64,000 bases of DNA from positions 1,736,001 to 1,800,000 of the forward strand of contig NW_026250405.1 of the NCBI RefSeq assembly GCF_024521635.1, in the 5' to 3' direction. The DNA comes from Tricharina praecox. Taxonomy: Eukaryota. The notes under the pieces were generated by a model that worked only from the letters and a program-made list of their open reading frames with translations, was not told the origin of the DNA and made no database searches. A program made the position numbers and the translations under genes. Below are positions 62,875 through 64,000 of this stretch, in pieces (the first letter of the stretch is position 1; each line of letters begins with the position of its first letter).

Positions 62875-64000
62875 ATGGCCAGCGAAAGCATCTTCAATAC
62901 AGGTACGCCTAGCGGAGACGCAGCCGCCACAGCGGAACAAACCAAAGCACCACCAGCCATTGTCGAAGATTCTTGGGTCAACAACTGGGACTTGAACGTC
63001 CTTCACTGCGGATCTTGCGAGAGACCGTTTGTGACTAAAGAACGTCTCTCGGACCACATGCGTGTCTGGCATTCTGCCGGCTCACCGTCGCTACCGCCGT
63101 ACGAGAAGCCTGCATCGAGTTTTACGGATGTCGTCAACACCCCGAGCGTAACCATCGTCAACGGTGGAGACTTATTCATCGAGACTACGGTTTCGGACGA
63201 TTATCGATCTCCTGATGGCCCCGTACCCCCGGCCAATGTTCGTTTCCTGGTATCCTCATCGGTTCTCTGGGCGGCCTCGCGAGTCTTCAACTGCATGTTC
63301 GGCCCCGATTCTCCCTACCAAGAAAGGATCGATCTACGGCAGTCATGGATCACGGGACTTGGAGGTCCGTCAGTAGTGGAGCTTGACGACGATCGCGATG
63401 GCCTCCAATACGTTTTTAATGCTTTGCATTACCGACATGGGCTATTTCGACATCCCAGTGTGCTGCTGATGGCAGCCGTATCAGCCATTACTGAAAAGTA
63501 TGAACTGCACACTGCAATGCAGCTCATCGCCGACGAGCATTTCCGGCCACTGGTATAAGTCATCACGAGTAGCTACGGCAACTGGCTGATTACGTCTTAC
63601 ATCTTTGGATATCACGATATATTTAGAAAATCGTCACTGGAATTAATTCTCTCCAGAGAAAATACTGTCTCAACAACTGTCAGTATTTTTACACCGGAAA
63701 GCGTGACAGGTAGTTCTTATCGAGCCAAACCTTTCTCACCACTGCTTTCTCTGACCATCTCCGAACAGATACGATAATGGAAAAGCCGAAGCTCATCTTC
63801 CACGAACTGAGCGAATACGTGCATACAGTCGAAGAGCAGCGCCCGGTCACAACCCCAGCGATGCGATCGAGTATGCGTGCTCAGCTCGAAAAGGTCTCCA
63901 TGAGACGTACCAGCTTTCAGCTATTGGAAGGCGCTCGGAACAACGGTTTGCGCAACTATACGACGGAAGCCTGTGGTTCCAGACCCCTTATGTTGACCTT
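62875..64000 (+). pseudogene. C2H2-ZF/BTB family copy 4, in-frame TAA, runs off the window
   Basis: Finger LHCGSCERPFVTKERLSDHMRVWH and BTB core (GGDLFIET..FLVSSSVLWAASRVFNCMF..ALHY..KYEL). TAA at 63556-63558 is followed in frame by the conserved WLITSYIFGY. Intron 63710-63768 lies at the family-conserved position. Confidence 0.72.

Overview
Eukaryotic, intron-containing DNA from a filamentous ascomycete. It has short GT..CTRAY..AG introns; a Pezizomycetes-like origin is my inference and is not verified. Two blocks of conserved housekeeping genes alternate with accessory DNA. Block 1 (16-26.6 kb) holds MLH3, a divergent Tm-1-like pair (TIM-barrel and UPF0261), an intron-containing tRNA with a GCC anticodon, an aldo-keto reductase, lipoate-protein ligase and chorismate synthase. 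Block 2 (42.5-58 kb) holds GUT2, ATX1, a BCH-RhoGAP and a GAS4-like GH72. The accessory DNA contains an intact NACHT-ankyrin NLR with 12 near-identical, combinatorially shuffled 102-bp repeats and a decayed ankyrin relic next to it. It also contains four dispersed copies of a C2H2-zinc-finger/BTB family, each with a different lesion: in-frame TAG, GT>AT donor, BTB deletion plus frameshift, and in-frame TAA. Mobile DNA includes two adjacent TA-flanked MITEs, a 5'-truncated LINE and two inverted gag-like relics. All family assignments come from motif recognition by eye; no searches were run.
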